A stretch of DNA of 64,000 bases from a candidate division WOR-3 bacterium (lineage in GTDB: Bacteria > Hydrothermota > Tepidihabitantia > Tepidihabitantales > Tepidihabitantaceae). Numbering within the stretch: the first letter of the stretch is position 1; each line of letters starts with the position of its first letter. The stretch lies in contig CBFGJX010000005.1 of assembly GCA_965649225.1 (NCBI GenBank), positions 1 to 64,000 of the forward strand, given 5' to 3'. A model generated the notes under the pieces. That model did no database searches. It was not told the DNA's origin and worked only from the letters and a program-made list of their open reading frames with translations. Shown piece by piece: positions 48,734 through 58,114 of this stretch. The translations under genes were made by a program, and so were the position numbers.

Positions 48734-49605
48734 CGCTGGACGCGGCGTGGACTCTGCTGGGGCATGACCGAGCCGAGCGCGGTGGCGGCGCCGGTGAACC
48801 CGAGCAGCAGCCCAAGCAGAAGATTGACCGCCAACACTGTGAGCGTCGGGAAGATAGGGGCAGCGATGGCGGTACTGATGATTCTGTGCAGACCAAAGGT
48901 AAGCAGGAACGATGCCAGCCCGCCGGTGAGGCCCTGCAGGGCTCCTTCAATCATGAAAGGCAGGCGAACCGCAACACGCGGGGCGCCGACCAGTTCCATT
49001 ATCTCAATTTCCCGGCGGCGGGCGGTGACAGCGGCCTCGACGGTGCCAAAAACGATGAAGGCGACTGAAAGGGATACGATGGCCAGTACCAGCGCATCAA
49101 GGATCAGGATTGTCCGCATGATCCGGTCAAGGCGTGCCAGCGTTTCGCGCCCGGACCAGACTTCGGTGACGCCCGGGATCAAGCTGGCCTTGCGTTCGAT
49201 CTCGGCGACAAGCTGAGAAGGAGCGAAACCGCCGGAAAGGGCGATGCGAATCGAGGCCGGCAGAGGGTTATCAGTCAAAGCCGAGATGAGTGTGGAGTCG
49301 GGGCCGAGGTCTGCGCGCAGCTCGTCCAGGGCAGCCTGTTTTGAAACATAGCGGGCGGAGGCGACGCCGGCCAGCGTTTCGATTCGAGCACGCACCAGTT
49401 CCGGGTCGGCATCGTCGGCCAGAAAGGCGTAAACCTCAACCCGACGCCCAGCCCACCGGGCCAGCGTGATGACATTGGCAGTGACAGCTATGAAGATCGA
49501 CAACAGTGTCAGGCAGATCGCCAGCACCGCAGTGGAAAGAAAGAATCCGCCCCGACGACGGCTGATGCCTCGCCAGGTTTCGGCGATAATGTGCTCAGCT
49601 CTCAT
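48730..49605 (-). CDS. ftsX: Cell division permease FtsX
   Basis: YVSK..AL, NPLPAS, RRREIEIMELVGA, PF.IEG. Confidence 0.93.
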   Translation of the reverse strand: MRAEHIIAETWRGISRRRGGFFLSTAVLAICLTLLSIFIAVTANVITLARWAGRRVEVYAFLADDADPELVRARIETLAGVASARYVSKQAALDELRADLGPDSTLISALTDNPLPASIRIALSGGFAPSQLVAEIERKASLIPGVTEVWSGRETLARLDRIMRTILILDALVLAIVSLSVAFIVFGTVEAAVTARRREIEIMELVGAPRVAVRLPFMIEGALQGLTGGLASFLLTFGLHRIISTAIAAPIFPTLTVLAVNLLLGLLLGFTGAATALGSVMPQQSPRRVQR

Positions 49606-50308
49606 CGCTGACAATCCTCCCGGCATCGAGAGTTACCCGTCGCCGTCTGGTACTGGCGGCAAGGTCGGCGTCGTGGGTGGCCATGATTACGGTTGCCCCG
49701 GCGTAGTTGATGTCCTTGAGGATGTTGAGGATGTCGGCAGAAGCGCGGGGGTCGATGTTACCGGTCGGCTCGTCGGCCAGAACCAGCTCTGGTTCCTTCA
49801 CGAGCGCACGGGCGATGGAAGTTTTCTGCTGTTCACCACCCGAGAGCTGGGCCGGGAAAGAGTCTTTCTTGTGAATGAGCCCAAGCCGGTTCAGAGTGTC
49901 GTTGATTCGGGACGGAATGACATCCGGACTGGTGCCGATGACCCGGAGAACAAATTCAAGGTTTTCATATACCGTTCGGTCCGGCAGCAGTTTGAAGTCC
50001 TGAAAGATGATGCCGATCCGACGGCGCAGTTCCGGCAGCAGCCGATCCGGCATTGTCCCGAGATTGTAACCCAAAACCCGGATTGTGCCGTCGTCGGCAA
50101 GGTCCTGGCGGTAGAGCAGGCGGAGCAGAGTGGTCTTGCCGGCTCCGGTCGCCCCGAGTACGAAGACAAAATCACCCTTGTCGATCCGGAGGTCGATTTC
50201 TGTCAGTGCCGGCCAGCCGTTGTAAAGTCGCGAGACTCGTTCCAGCTCAACCGCAAAGGGCGATTCGGGGTTGCCGTAAGCACGCTGGCGGTCATCGATT
50301 GGTGCCAT
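49595..50308 (-). CDS. ftsE: Cell division ATPase FtsE
   Basis: [38 protein letters not shown]. Confidence 0.94.
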   Translation of the reverse strand: MAPIDDRQRAYGNPESPFAVELERVSRLYNGWPALTEIDLRIDKGDFVFVLGATGAGKTTLLRLLYRQDLADDGTIRVLGYNLGTMPDRLLPELRRRIGIIFQDFKLLPDRTVYENLEFVLRVIGTSPDVIPSRINDTLNRLGLIHKKDSFPAQLSGGEQQKTSIARALVKEPELVLADEPTGNIDPRASADILNILKDINYAGATVIMATHDADLAASTRRRRVTLDAGRIVSDES

Positions 50309-50309
50309 A

Positions 50310-50969
50310 TCAAGACAGGTAAAGTTTGAGAATCTGGTGACAGGCTTTGACGGCGTCGAGCGGGCCGATTTTCTTGCCCGTGCGACGCGCCCGGTAGCTG
50401 ATCGGCACTTCGACGATGCGGCGCCGATGCCGCAGCAGTTTGGCGGCTATTTCCGGCTCGATTTCAAAACCATTTGCGGTCAGGTTCAGCCGGGCAAACA
50501 AGGGCAGGCGGACTGCCTTGTAACAAGTTTCCATGTCGGTGAGACAGCCTCCAAAAAGAAGGTCGGTGATGAAGGTCAGAAAGTAGTTGGCAAGCCGGCT
50601 GGCAAAGAGGAAGCTGCCGTGACCGCGGACGCGGGAGCCAAACACTGCGTCGACGCCGCTTTGGGCGAATGGCCGCAACAGCTTCTCCCAATCGGCTGGG
50701 TCGTATTCCAGATCCGCGTCCTGGATGATGGCAACGTCGCCGCAGGCGGCGGCAAGGGCAGTTCTGATGGCGGCACCCTTGCCCCGGTTGGTTTCGTGAC
50801 AGATCAGACGGATACCGTCGGTCCGGCGCAGGATGTCGCGGGTGCCGTCACTTGAACAGTCATCGACCACGATAATCTCTTTTTCGACCGGCACCGACTT
50901 GACACGCCCCAGGACCGTAGCGATCGATTGTGCCTCGTTGTAGGCAGGAATCAGTACACTGAGTTTCAT
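50310..50969 (-). CDS. GT2 glycosyltransferase (DPM-synthase-like)
   Basis: IPAYNE, VDDCSSDGT, N.GKG.A, QDADLEY, DMETCYK, FEIEPE. Confidence 0.93.
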   Translation of the reverse strand: MKLSVLIPAYNEAQSIATVLGRVKSVPVEKEIIVVDDCSSDGTRDILRRTDGIRLICHETNRGKGAAIRTALAAACGDVAIIQDADLEYDPADWEKLLRPFAQSGVDAVFGSRVRGHGSFLFASRLANYFLTFITDLLFGGCLTDMETCYKAVRLPLFARLNLTANGFEIEPEIAAKLLRHRRRIVEVPISYRARRTGKKIGPLDAVKACHQILKLYLS

Positions 50970-51856
50970 CTGAACGCAGCTGGAGCGGGTTCAGGGGTGT
51001 CACAGGGTGAGCAGCTCAGCGCCGCCAGACAACGCGTCACGGCAATACCCAGTTCGATGTCGGCGATGGGAATGTGATGATGATGGCAGGCAAGGGCGAA
51101 GTCACGGCAGAGCGCTGTCAGTGGCGGCACGCCGGAAACAGCCGTTTCGTCAAAGACCTGGCGGGTCAGGCGGGAGGCGATTTCGACTCGGCGCTGGACC
51201 GGGGTTTCCGACCAGGCAAGCTGTCCAGAACAGACTGAACCGTCTGCGAAACGAGCCTGCCAGTTGAAAGCAGTCCGGGCTTGAGGGTCGCAGTCGATTT
51301 TGCCCGACAGTTCGAGCGGTTCGCCAAAGAGTGCGATCATCAGCGCAAGGTCGTGGGAGCCGAGGTCAAAGAGGAGGTCGTCCAGGGTGGTCAGTTCCGG
51401 CCGGCCACGCGATGTGCGTCTGAATCGGGCTTGAAAAGGACCGGATCCGGCGGCAAGAAACTTCCGCATCAGAACAAAATTAGAGTGGTACAACGGCGTA
51501 TAGGCAACTGCGATTGTCTTTCGTTGTCTTCTTGCGGTGGTGGCGACGAGTTCGGCGTCACTGCAACTGCGAGCGAGTGGTTTTTCAATCAAGACGTGGC
51601 GGTGAGCATTGAGGACTTGCAGGGCAAGCGGTACGTGGAGCTCGTCGGGCACTGCCAGAATCACTGCCTCGATCATCGGATTGTCGAGCATTTCGTCGAC
51701 TGAAGCGTAGCGAACCGTGTCAGGCGGCACAGCCGCGGGGCGGGGATCGGTTACCGCAACCAGCCGGCAGTCGGTCAGCGAAGCGAGGGTGTCAAGATAG
51801 TTGCGTCCCCAGCGGCCGGCGCCGACAAGACCAATGCCGACGGGTTGGTCGTTCAT
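50966..51856 (-). CDS. Gfo/Idh/MocA oxidoreductase
   Basis: VGAGRWG, HVLIEKPLA, DLGSHD. Confidence 0.9.
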   Translation of the reverse strand: MNDQPVGIGLVGAGRWGRNYLDTLASLTDCRLVAVTDPRPAAVPPDTVRYASVDEMLDNPMIEAVILAVPDELHVPLALQVLNAHRHVLIEKPLARSCSDAELVATTARRQRKTIAVAYTPLYHSNFVLMRKFLAAGSGPFQARFRRTSRGRPELTTLDDLLFDLGSHDLALMIALFGEPLELSGKIDCDPQARTAFNWQARFADGSVCSGQLAWSETPVQRRVEIASRLTRQVFDETAVSGVPPLTALCRDFALACHHHHIPIADIELGIAVTRCLAALSCSPCDTPEPAPAAFR

Positions 51857-52785
51857 AGCTGCTGGTGGCGAAACCAGTCGATGGTGTGGCGCAGGCCCGT
51901 CTCCAAATCGACACGGGGTTGCCAGCCAAGGAGCGTCCGGGCGCGCCTGATATCCGGCCGTCGTCGTCTGGGATCGTCTTCGGGGAGCGGTTTGAACTCC
52001 AGCGGGCTCTTGGAATCAGTGAGTTTTTTGACCAATCGGGCGAACTGAAGGATTGTGAACTCACGCGGATTGCCGAGATTTATCGGCGCGGCGTCGCCCG
52101 ATGCGGCCAGGCGCAGAAGACCATCGACCAAGTCCGAACAATAGCAGAAACTTCGGGTCTGGCGGCCGGTACCGTAGATTGTCAGCGGCTGTCCGCTCAG
52201 CGCCTGGTGAATGAGGTTGGGAACGACACGGCCGTCATCCAGCTTCATCCTGGGGCCATAGGTGTTGAAGATACGGGCGATTCGTACCGACAGCCCCCAC
52301 CGGCGGTGCCAGGCTGCAGTCTGGGCCTCAGCGAACCGTTTGGCTTCGTCGTAGGCTGAGCGCACGCCGACAGGATTGACATTACCCCAGTAGTCCTCAG
52401 TCTGAGGGTGGCGGTCCGGGTCGCCGTAAATCTCGGAAGTCGAAGCGAGCACAAAAACCGCCCGACGACGAAGGCTGAGCTCCAGCAGGTTGCGAGTTCC
52501 GATGCCCCCGGCATCGAGTGTTTCGATCGGCATGCTGAGGTAGTCGCGGGGAGAAGCCGGAGAAGCGAGATGAAACACCACGTCAATACGTCCCTTTACC
52601 TGCAGCGGTTCGGTGATGTCAGCATGTTGAAAAGCGAAGCCGCGTTGCGACAGCAGGTGAGCGATGTTGCGGCGCGAGCCGGTGATCAGACTGTCAACAC
52701 AGATGACCTCAAAGCCGTGTTTGAGCAGCAGGTCACAGAGGTGCGATCCGATAAAGCCGGCGCCCCCTGCGACCAGTGCTCTCAC
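51853..52785 (-). CDS. UDP-glucuronate decarboxylase (UDP-xylose synthase family)
   Basis: GGAGFIGSH, LASPASP, STSEIYGDP, YWGNVNP.G.RS.YDEAKR, DGRVV. Confidence 0.93.
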   Translation of the reverse strand: MRALVAGGAGFIGSHLCDLLLKHGFEVICVDSLITGSRRNIAHLLSQRGFAFQHADITEPLQVKGRIDVVFHLASPASPRDYLSMPIETLDAGGIGTRNLLELSLRRRAVFVLASTSEIYGDPDRHPQTEDYWGNVNPVGVRSAYDEAKRFAEAQTAAWHRRWGLSVRIARIFNTYGPRMKLDDGRVVPNLIHQALSGQPLTIYGTGRQTRSFCYCSDLVDGLLRLAASGDAAPINLGNPREFTILQFARLVKKLTDSKSPLEFKPLPEDDPRRRRPDIRRARTLLGWQPRVDLETGLRHTIDWFRHQQL

Positions 52786-54071
52786 CGACCGACCCCGATG
52801 TAAGTGAAGCCGTGTTTCTCGGCTTCACTTCGTTCAAAGAGGTTGCGGCCGTCGCAGATGATTGGCAGGCGCATTCGCGCCTTGATCCGGGCCAGGTCGA
52901 GCTGGCGAAACTCCGGCCACTCGGTCAGGACGGCCAGCAGGTCAGCCTCGTCAGCGACTTCTTCGGCAGTCGAACAGAACTCGATGCCGGGAATTATGCG
53001 CCGGGCGCGGTCCATCGCCTGCGGGTCGTAGGCACGGACACAGGCGCCTTCAGCTACCAGTGCCCCAATGATGTCGATTGATGGGGCGAAACGCATGTCA
53101 TCGGTGTTGGGCTTGAACGCAAGACCCAGCACGCCGATTCTCTTGCCGCGGAGATTCCAGAGGACGTTCTGGATCTTGCGGACGAACCGGCGTTTGGCGT
53201 CTTCGTTGATGGCTTCAACCTCACGGAGCAGGCGGAAGTCATAGCCAAGTTCTTCAGCAATGCGGATGAAGGCACGGAGGTCTTTGGGGAAACAGAAGCC
53301 ACCATAGCCGACTCCGGCCTCAAGAAATGCCGGCCCGATGCGTCGGTCCATCCCCATGCCCGCAGTCACCTGGCGGATGTCGGCCCCCGACGCCTCGCAG
53401 ATTACGGAAAGGGCGTTGGCGAAAGATATCTTCATCGCCAGAAAGGCATTCGATGCGTGCTTGATGAGTTCGGCCGAGGCAAGGTCAGTGACCACCTTGG
53501 GGGCGTCAATCGGCGCATAGATTTCGAGCATCAACTCACGGGCACGGTCAGATTCCACCCCGATGACGATCCGGTCGGGCCGGAGGAAATCATCCACTGC
53601 CGATCCCTCGCGCAGGAATTCAGGATTCGAGGCAACGTCGAACGGTGTCCGGCCGCGGTTGTAGCGTTCCAGCGTACGGCGTACCCATTTGCCGGTCTGG
53701 ACCGGGACGGTTGACTTTTCTACCACCAGATGGTAGGCACCTGCGTTTTCAGCTATGTCGCGGGCCACTTTTTCGACCGCGGTAAGATCCGGTTCACCGG
53801 TGTCGCGAGGCGGTGTGCCGACGGCAATGAAACAGGCGAGGGTGTCACGAACTGCTGAGCCGATGTCAGTTGTGAAACGCAGTCTGCCCGCAGCGACAGT
53901 CTCGCGGATAATTTCCTGCAAGCCCGGCTCGTAAATTGGTATTCCGCCGGACTGAAGGACAGAAATCTTTTCGGAATCGCTGTCAACGCAGGTGACATCG
54001 TGGCCGATTTTGGCCAGACAGGCGCCGGAGGTAAGTCCGACATAGCCGGTACCGATCATCGTGATTTTCAT
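52782..54071 (-). CDS. ugd: UDP-glucose 6-dehydrogenase
   Basis: GTGYVGL, KSTVP, NPEFLREG, GYGG.CFPKD, FKPNTDDMR. Confidence 0.96.
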   Translation of the reverse strand: MKITMIGTGYVGLTSGACLAKIGHDVTCVDSDSEKISVLQSGGIPIYEPGLQEIIRETVAAGRLRFTTDIGSAVRDTLACFIAVGTPPRDTGEPDLTAVEKVARDIAENAGAYHLVVEKSTVPVQTGKWVRRTLERYNRGRTPFDVASNPEFLREGSAVDDFLRPDRIVIGVESDRARELMLEIYAPIDAPKVVTDLASAELIKHASNAFLAMKISFANALSVICEASGADIRQVTAGMGMDRRIGPAFLEAGVGYGGFCFPKDLRAFIRIAEELGYDFRLLREVEAINEDAKRRFVRKIQNVLWNLRGKRIGVLGLAFKPNTDDMRFAPSIDIIGALVAEGACVRAYDPQAMDRARRIIPGIEFCSTAEEVADEADLLAVLTEWPEFRQLDLARIKARMRLPIICDGRNLFERSEAEKHGFTYIGVGR

Positions 54072-54078
54072 CGGGGCA

Positions 54079-54106
54079 ACTATATTTGCGCCCTGAGCCG
54101 AGTCAA
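54079..54106 (-). promoter_or_regulatory. sigma70-type promoter, leaderless ugd
   Basis: Minus strand TTGACT-16 bp-TATAGT, ATG 7 nt downstream. Confidence 0.7.
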
Positions 54107-54130
54107 GGAATTGGGGTGATGATGATGTCC

Positions 54131-56740
54131 TCAGCGGCGATTGGAATCGGGCTGCTGAACTTCAGCCTGCAGTTTGGCGAGCAGGTTGAGGGCTTCAAGC
54201 GGCGTAAATTCTTCGAGCCGTAGCTCCCGCAATCGATCGACAACCGGGTGTGTGGATGGTCGGTCAGCGGCAAGCGGCAGTGGCAGCTCCGATTGTGGGT
54301 CTGGCGGCACGGCGGGAGCGCGGCGGTCGGTGCCGAGTGTTGCCAGTACAGCCCGGGCACGCTCGACGACCGGTCTGGGCAGCCCGGCAAGCCGGGCGAC
54401 GGTGATGCCGTAGCTTTTGTCGGCAATGCCCGGCCGCAGCCGGCGCAGGAAAACCACCCGGTCACCGTGTTCGTGGACGGTGAAACAGTAGTTGGCAATG
54501 CGCGGCAGTTCGGTGGCAATGGTGCAAAGTTCGTGGTAGTGGGTGGCGAAAAGAGTCTTGGGACGGGGTGTGCGGCCACCGGTGATTGCGCCGTGGAGAT
54601 ACTCGACGACGGCCCAGGCGATTGCCAGCCCGTCGGCGGCAGCGGTGCCGCGGCCGACTTCGTCGAGAATAACCAGGCTGCGGTCGGTTGCGTTGTTGAG
54701 GATGTTGGCGGTTTCCGTCATTTCGGCGAGAAACGTGGAGACGCCGCGGGCCAGGTCGTCAGAAGCGCCAATGCGGGTGAAGACTTTGTCGATGATGCCG
54801 ATCCGTGCCTGTCGGGCCGGGACAAAAGACCCTGCCTGGGCCATGATTGCGATAAGGGCAACCTGACGCAGGTAGGTCGATTTGCCGGCCATGTTGGGTC
54901 CGGTGATCAGGACTATCTGGGTTTGATCGGGGTCGAGGTCAGTGTCGTTGGCAATGAAGTCATCCGTGAGCATGGTTTCGACGACCGGGTGGCGGCCACC
55001 GATTATTTCGAGCCGGCAGGAGTCATCCAGCCGGGGGCGGACGTAGCCGCGTTCCCGCGCCACCTCGGCCAGTGCCGTCAGGACATCCAGTTCGGCAAGC
55101 AGCCGGGCGAGAGCAGCGATACTGCCGGCTGCTTTGGCACAGCGCCGGCGCAAAGCCGAAAACAGTTCCAGTTCCAGGGCGCGGGCGCGTTCTTCGGCGC
55201 CGAGGACGCGGGTCTCGTATTCTTTCAACTCGGGGGTCACAAACCGTTCAGCGCCGGCAACCGTTTGACGGCGGACATAGTCGGCCGGGATGCGGGCGAG
55301 AAAGGATTTGGTGACTTCGATGTAATAGCCGAAGACCGAGTTGTAACGGACACGCAGATTCGGTATGCCGGTGCGCTGGCGTTCAGATTCCTGCAGGCGG
55401 GCAATCCACTCGCGGCCACCGGAGGCCAGCGAACGCAGTTCGTCGAGCTCGGCGCTGGCACCGGGACGGATTACACCTCCATCACTGGCTGAAGCCGGCG
55501 GGTCATCGGCGATCGTGCTGGAAATGTCGGCGATAAGTTCGGGGAAGTCGACAATTCCAGCGCGAATGTCAGCCAGCAGTGCAGCCCGAGCTTCCTGCAG
55601 CGCTTCACGGATTGCCGGTGTCATCCGGAGGGCACTCGCGGCCGCAACCAGCTCGCGGGGCGACGCGCGCTCCAGAGCAATGCGGGATGCAAGTCGTTCG
55701 AGGTCGCCGGTGCGGCTCAGGTTGTCGCGCAGCCGCTGGGTTGAGCCGGATAGCAGTTCCTCGACCGCGTCGTGCCTTCGGGTGATTGCTTCAAGTGTTG
55801 TCAGCGGCGCGGTCAGCCAGCGTCGGAGCAGCCGGGCGCCCGCGGGTGTGACAGTCCGGTCGAGTACGCCCAGTAGGGTGGCTTCCGGGCCGGACTTGCG
55901 CTCGTCGGTGTGTATCCGTTCGACCAGTTCCAGATTCCGACGGGTGGCACGGTCAATCATCATCAAGCCGGACGGCAGCCACGGTGCCAGACGGCTGATA
56001 TGTTCAAGACCGGCGCGCTGAGTCTCCTCCAGGTAGTGAAAGACAGCTCCGGCAGCGCAGATTCCTTCGACGAGTTCGCCGACCCCGAAGCCGTCCAGTG
56101 AGGCGGTTCCGAAGTGCCGGGCGAGAGCCTCGAAAGCGTAGTCCTGGGTGAAGTAGTAGGGATCGAGGTGAGTGACGGCGACCGGGTCCAGCCCCGGCGG
56201 CGGAGTGGTTTCCTGCGGCAGCAGCAGCTCGCGGGGGCCGATGCGGCCCAGTTCGTCAGCCAGTTCGGTGCCGGCGAATTCGGCGACAAAAAACTCGCCG
56301 GTCGAGACGTCGGCAAAAGCACAGCCCCAGCGGTCACCCGCCGGTGAAAGTGCACACAGAAAGTTGTTGCACCGGGCATCGAGCAGGTCGGAAGCAGTCA
56401 GGGTGCCGGGGGTGATGACCTCAACCACGTCCCGGTTGACCACCGGTTTACCCGGGGTCGGGGATTCAAGCTGGTCGCACACCGCAACCCGGAAACCCTG
56501 TTCGACCAGCCGGGCAACATAACTGTCAACCGCACGAGCTGGGATGCCGGCCAGTGGCACCCGGTTGTGAGGACCGTGGGGTCGTGATGTCAGGGTCAGT
56601 CCGAGAGCTTTGGCGCCGATGGCGGCATCTTCATAGAACATTTCGTAGAAGTCGCCGACCCGAAAGAGTAACAGCGTGTCGCGGTACCGTTCCTTGATGC
56701 GACGGTACTGAGCCAGCAGTGGCGTCAGAGTTCCGGGCAA
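54131..56740 (-). CDS. mutS: DNA mismatch repair protein MutS
   Basis: GDFYEMF.EDA, TGPNMAGKSTYLRQ, STF, DEVGRGT, ATHYHEL, SYGI.VA.LAG. Confidence 0.98.
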   Translation of the reverse strand: MPGTLTPLLAQYRRIKERYRDTLLLFRVGDFYEMFYEDAAIGAKALGLTLTSRPHGPHNRVPLAGIPARAVDSYVARLVEQGFRVAVCDQLESPTPGKPVVNRDVVEVITPGTLTASDLLDARCNNFLCALSPAGDRWGCAFADVSTGEFFVAEFAGTELADELGRIGPRELLLPQETTPPPGLDPVAVTHLDPYYFTQDYAFEALARHFGTASLDGFGVGELVEGICAAGAVFHYLEETQRAGLEHISRLAPWLPSGLMMIDRATRRNLELVERIHTDERKSGPEATLLGVLDRTVTPAGARLLRRWLTAPLTTLEAITRRHDAVEELLSGSTQRLRDNLSRTGDLERLASRIALERASPRELVAAASALRMTPAIREALQEARAALLADIRAGIVDFPELIADISSTIADDPPASASDGGVIRPGASAELDELRSLASGGREWIARLQESERQRTGIPNLRVRYNSVFGYYIEVTKSFLARIPADYVRRQTVAGAERFVTPELKEYETRVLGAEERARALELELFSALRRRCAKAAGSIAALARLLAELDVLTALAEVARERGYVRPRLDDSCRLEIIGGRHPVVETMLTDDFIANDTDLDPDQTQIVLITGPNMAGKSTYLRQVALIAIMAQAGSFVPARQARIGIIDKVFTRIGASDDLARGVSTFLAEMTETANILNNATDRSLVILDEVGRGTAAADGLAIAWAVVEYLHGAITGGRTPRPKTLFATHYHELCTIATELPRIANYCFTVHEHGDRVVFLRRLRPGIADKSYGITVARLAGLPRPVVERARAVLATLGTDRRAPAVPPDPQSELPLPLAADRPSTHPVVDRLRELRLEEFTPLEALNLLAKLQAEVQQPDSNRR

Positions 56741-56746
56741 ATCAGC

Positions 56747-57772
56747 TCAGTCTGTCGGCGCGGACTGGAGTTGAGCAATTGCCGCTTCGAGCAGATTGCG
56801 GGCGCGCGGGTCATTCTGCTCGGTGCGTACCAGCGCCAGCATCAGTATCGGCAGCGGGTCGCGGCTGCCGGCCAGTGGTTCGAGCAGCCGGGCGGCGGTT
56901 GCCAGCTCGCCCTTCTTGCGATAGATGCCGGCAAGTGTCACCGCAATGTCGGTGTTGTTGGGCAGTCGCCGCAGCAGTTGTTCATACAGGGTGATGATAT
57001 CTTCGTAGCGTCCGCTGTCGAAGTAGGCACGTTCCAGCCGGCTGCGAACCGCGGCGTTACGCTCCGGTGCGGCTTCGATGACTTTGGTCCAGGTTCGGAT
57101 TGCCGCTTCGGTGTTGCCCGATTCGAGTTCCAGATCGCCCAGTGCGATCCGGGCTTCGATCAACGACGGGTCGAGCCGCAGGGCTTCTTCAAGGGCAGCC
57201 CGGGCAGCCGACGGTTCGCCGGCCCGGGCCCGGCCGATTTTCAGCAGCAGCCGTGCCGCGCGAGCGTGATGTTGCGGGTGGCGGCGGAACTCGCGCAGAA
57301 TTGCCTCGCATTTGTCCCAGGAAGCGGTTTCGACATAGAGTTCAGCGAGCTGTTCGCGACACTCCCAGTCGTTGCGGTCAACCCGCGCCAGTTCCTCGAG
57401 CATGGCCAGTGCTTTGACCCGGCGGCCGATTCGGAGGTAGTCACGGGCCAGAGCCGAGAAGACACGGCGTTCGTCTTCCGGTTTGAGATTGCGGCGCAGG
57501 GCGAGACTCTCATGCAGGCGCAGTCCTCGTTCGGTATCGCCGCGGGCGAAGTAGATGTCACCGAGGCGGATATAGGCGTCGACGTTGTCGGTGTCGGCTT
57601 CGACCGCTTCCTTCAAGGCTTTCAAGGCTGCGTCCGGTCGGCCGTCGAGCAGCAGCTGCAGGCCTTCGACGTATGCCGGCTGGCTGTGCCGGCGCTGGCG
57701 CAGAAAGTCGCGAATAATCGGGTAGAGGGCAACCGCCAGTACTGCCAAAACGACCAAAACCAGCCAGGTCAC
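56747..57772 (-). CDS. LapB-like TPR membrane protein without rubredoxin domain
   Basis: TM, Y.EGL..LL....D.A, LG.....G..ER..R.HESL, LA.DY; follows a LapA-like gene. Confidence 0.75.
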   Translation of the reverse strand: MTWLVLVVLAVLAVALYPIIRDFLRQRRHSQPAYVEGLQLLLDGRPDAALKALKEAVEADTDNVDAYIRLGDIYFARGDTERGLRLHESLALRRNLKPEDERRVFSALARDYLRIGRRVKALAMLEELARVDRNDWECREQLAELYVETASWDKCEAILREFRRHPQHHARAARLLLKIGRARAGEPSAARAALEEALRLDPSLIEARIALGDLELESGNTEAAIRTWTKVIEAAPERNAAVRSRLERAYFDSGRYEDIITLYEQLLRRLPNNTDIAVTLAGIYRKKGELATAARLLEPLAGSRDPLPILMLALVRTEQNDPRARNLLEAAIAQLQSAPTD

Positions 57773-58104
57773 ACTTCACCTCCGTTAGCCTGGGCCGGAG
57801 TGTCCGGCTTTTCGGAGTCATCGAGCGGAGCGTTGCGCAACGCACGCAGCTCTTCCAGCAGGGCTTCCATTTCGAGGCGCTGTCGGCGGAGGCGGGTGCG
57901 CAACTGGATTTCCGAAACCAGCGACAGGATTCCGATGCAGAGCGCGCCGAAGGCAAATGAGTACAGCATCACCAGCGCAACCGGGACGCCGTAGTAGATG
58001 CGGCCGAGCAGATTGACGTCAGCGTGGGCGCTGGTGTTGGACCAGCCAATCACCGACAGGACGATGAATACCGCCAGGACCAGGATTATGCGAATGGTCA
58101 ACAT
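57769..58104 (-). CDS. lapA: LapA family protein
   Basis: Two TM segments, N...V.V, coiled coil ending EL..LRN.PL. Confidence 0.8.
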   Translation of the reverse strand: MLTIRIILVLAVFIVLSVIGWSNTSAHADVNLLGRIYYGVPVALVMLYSFAFGALCIGILSLVSEIQLRTRLRRQRLEMEALLEELRALRNAPLDDSEKPDTPAQANGGEV

Positions 58105-58114
58105 GCTTGCCTCC

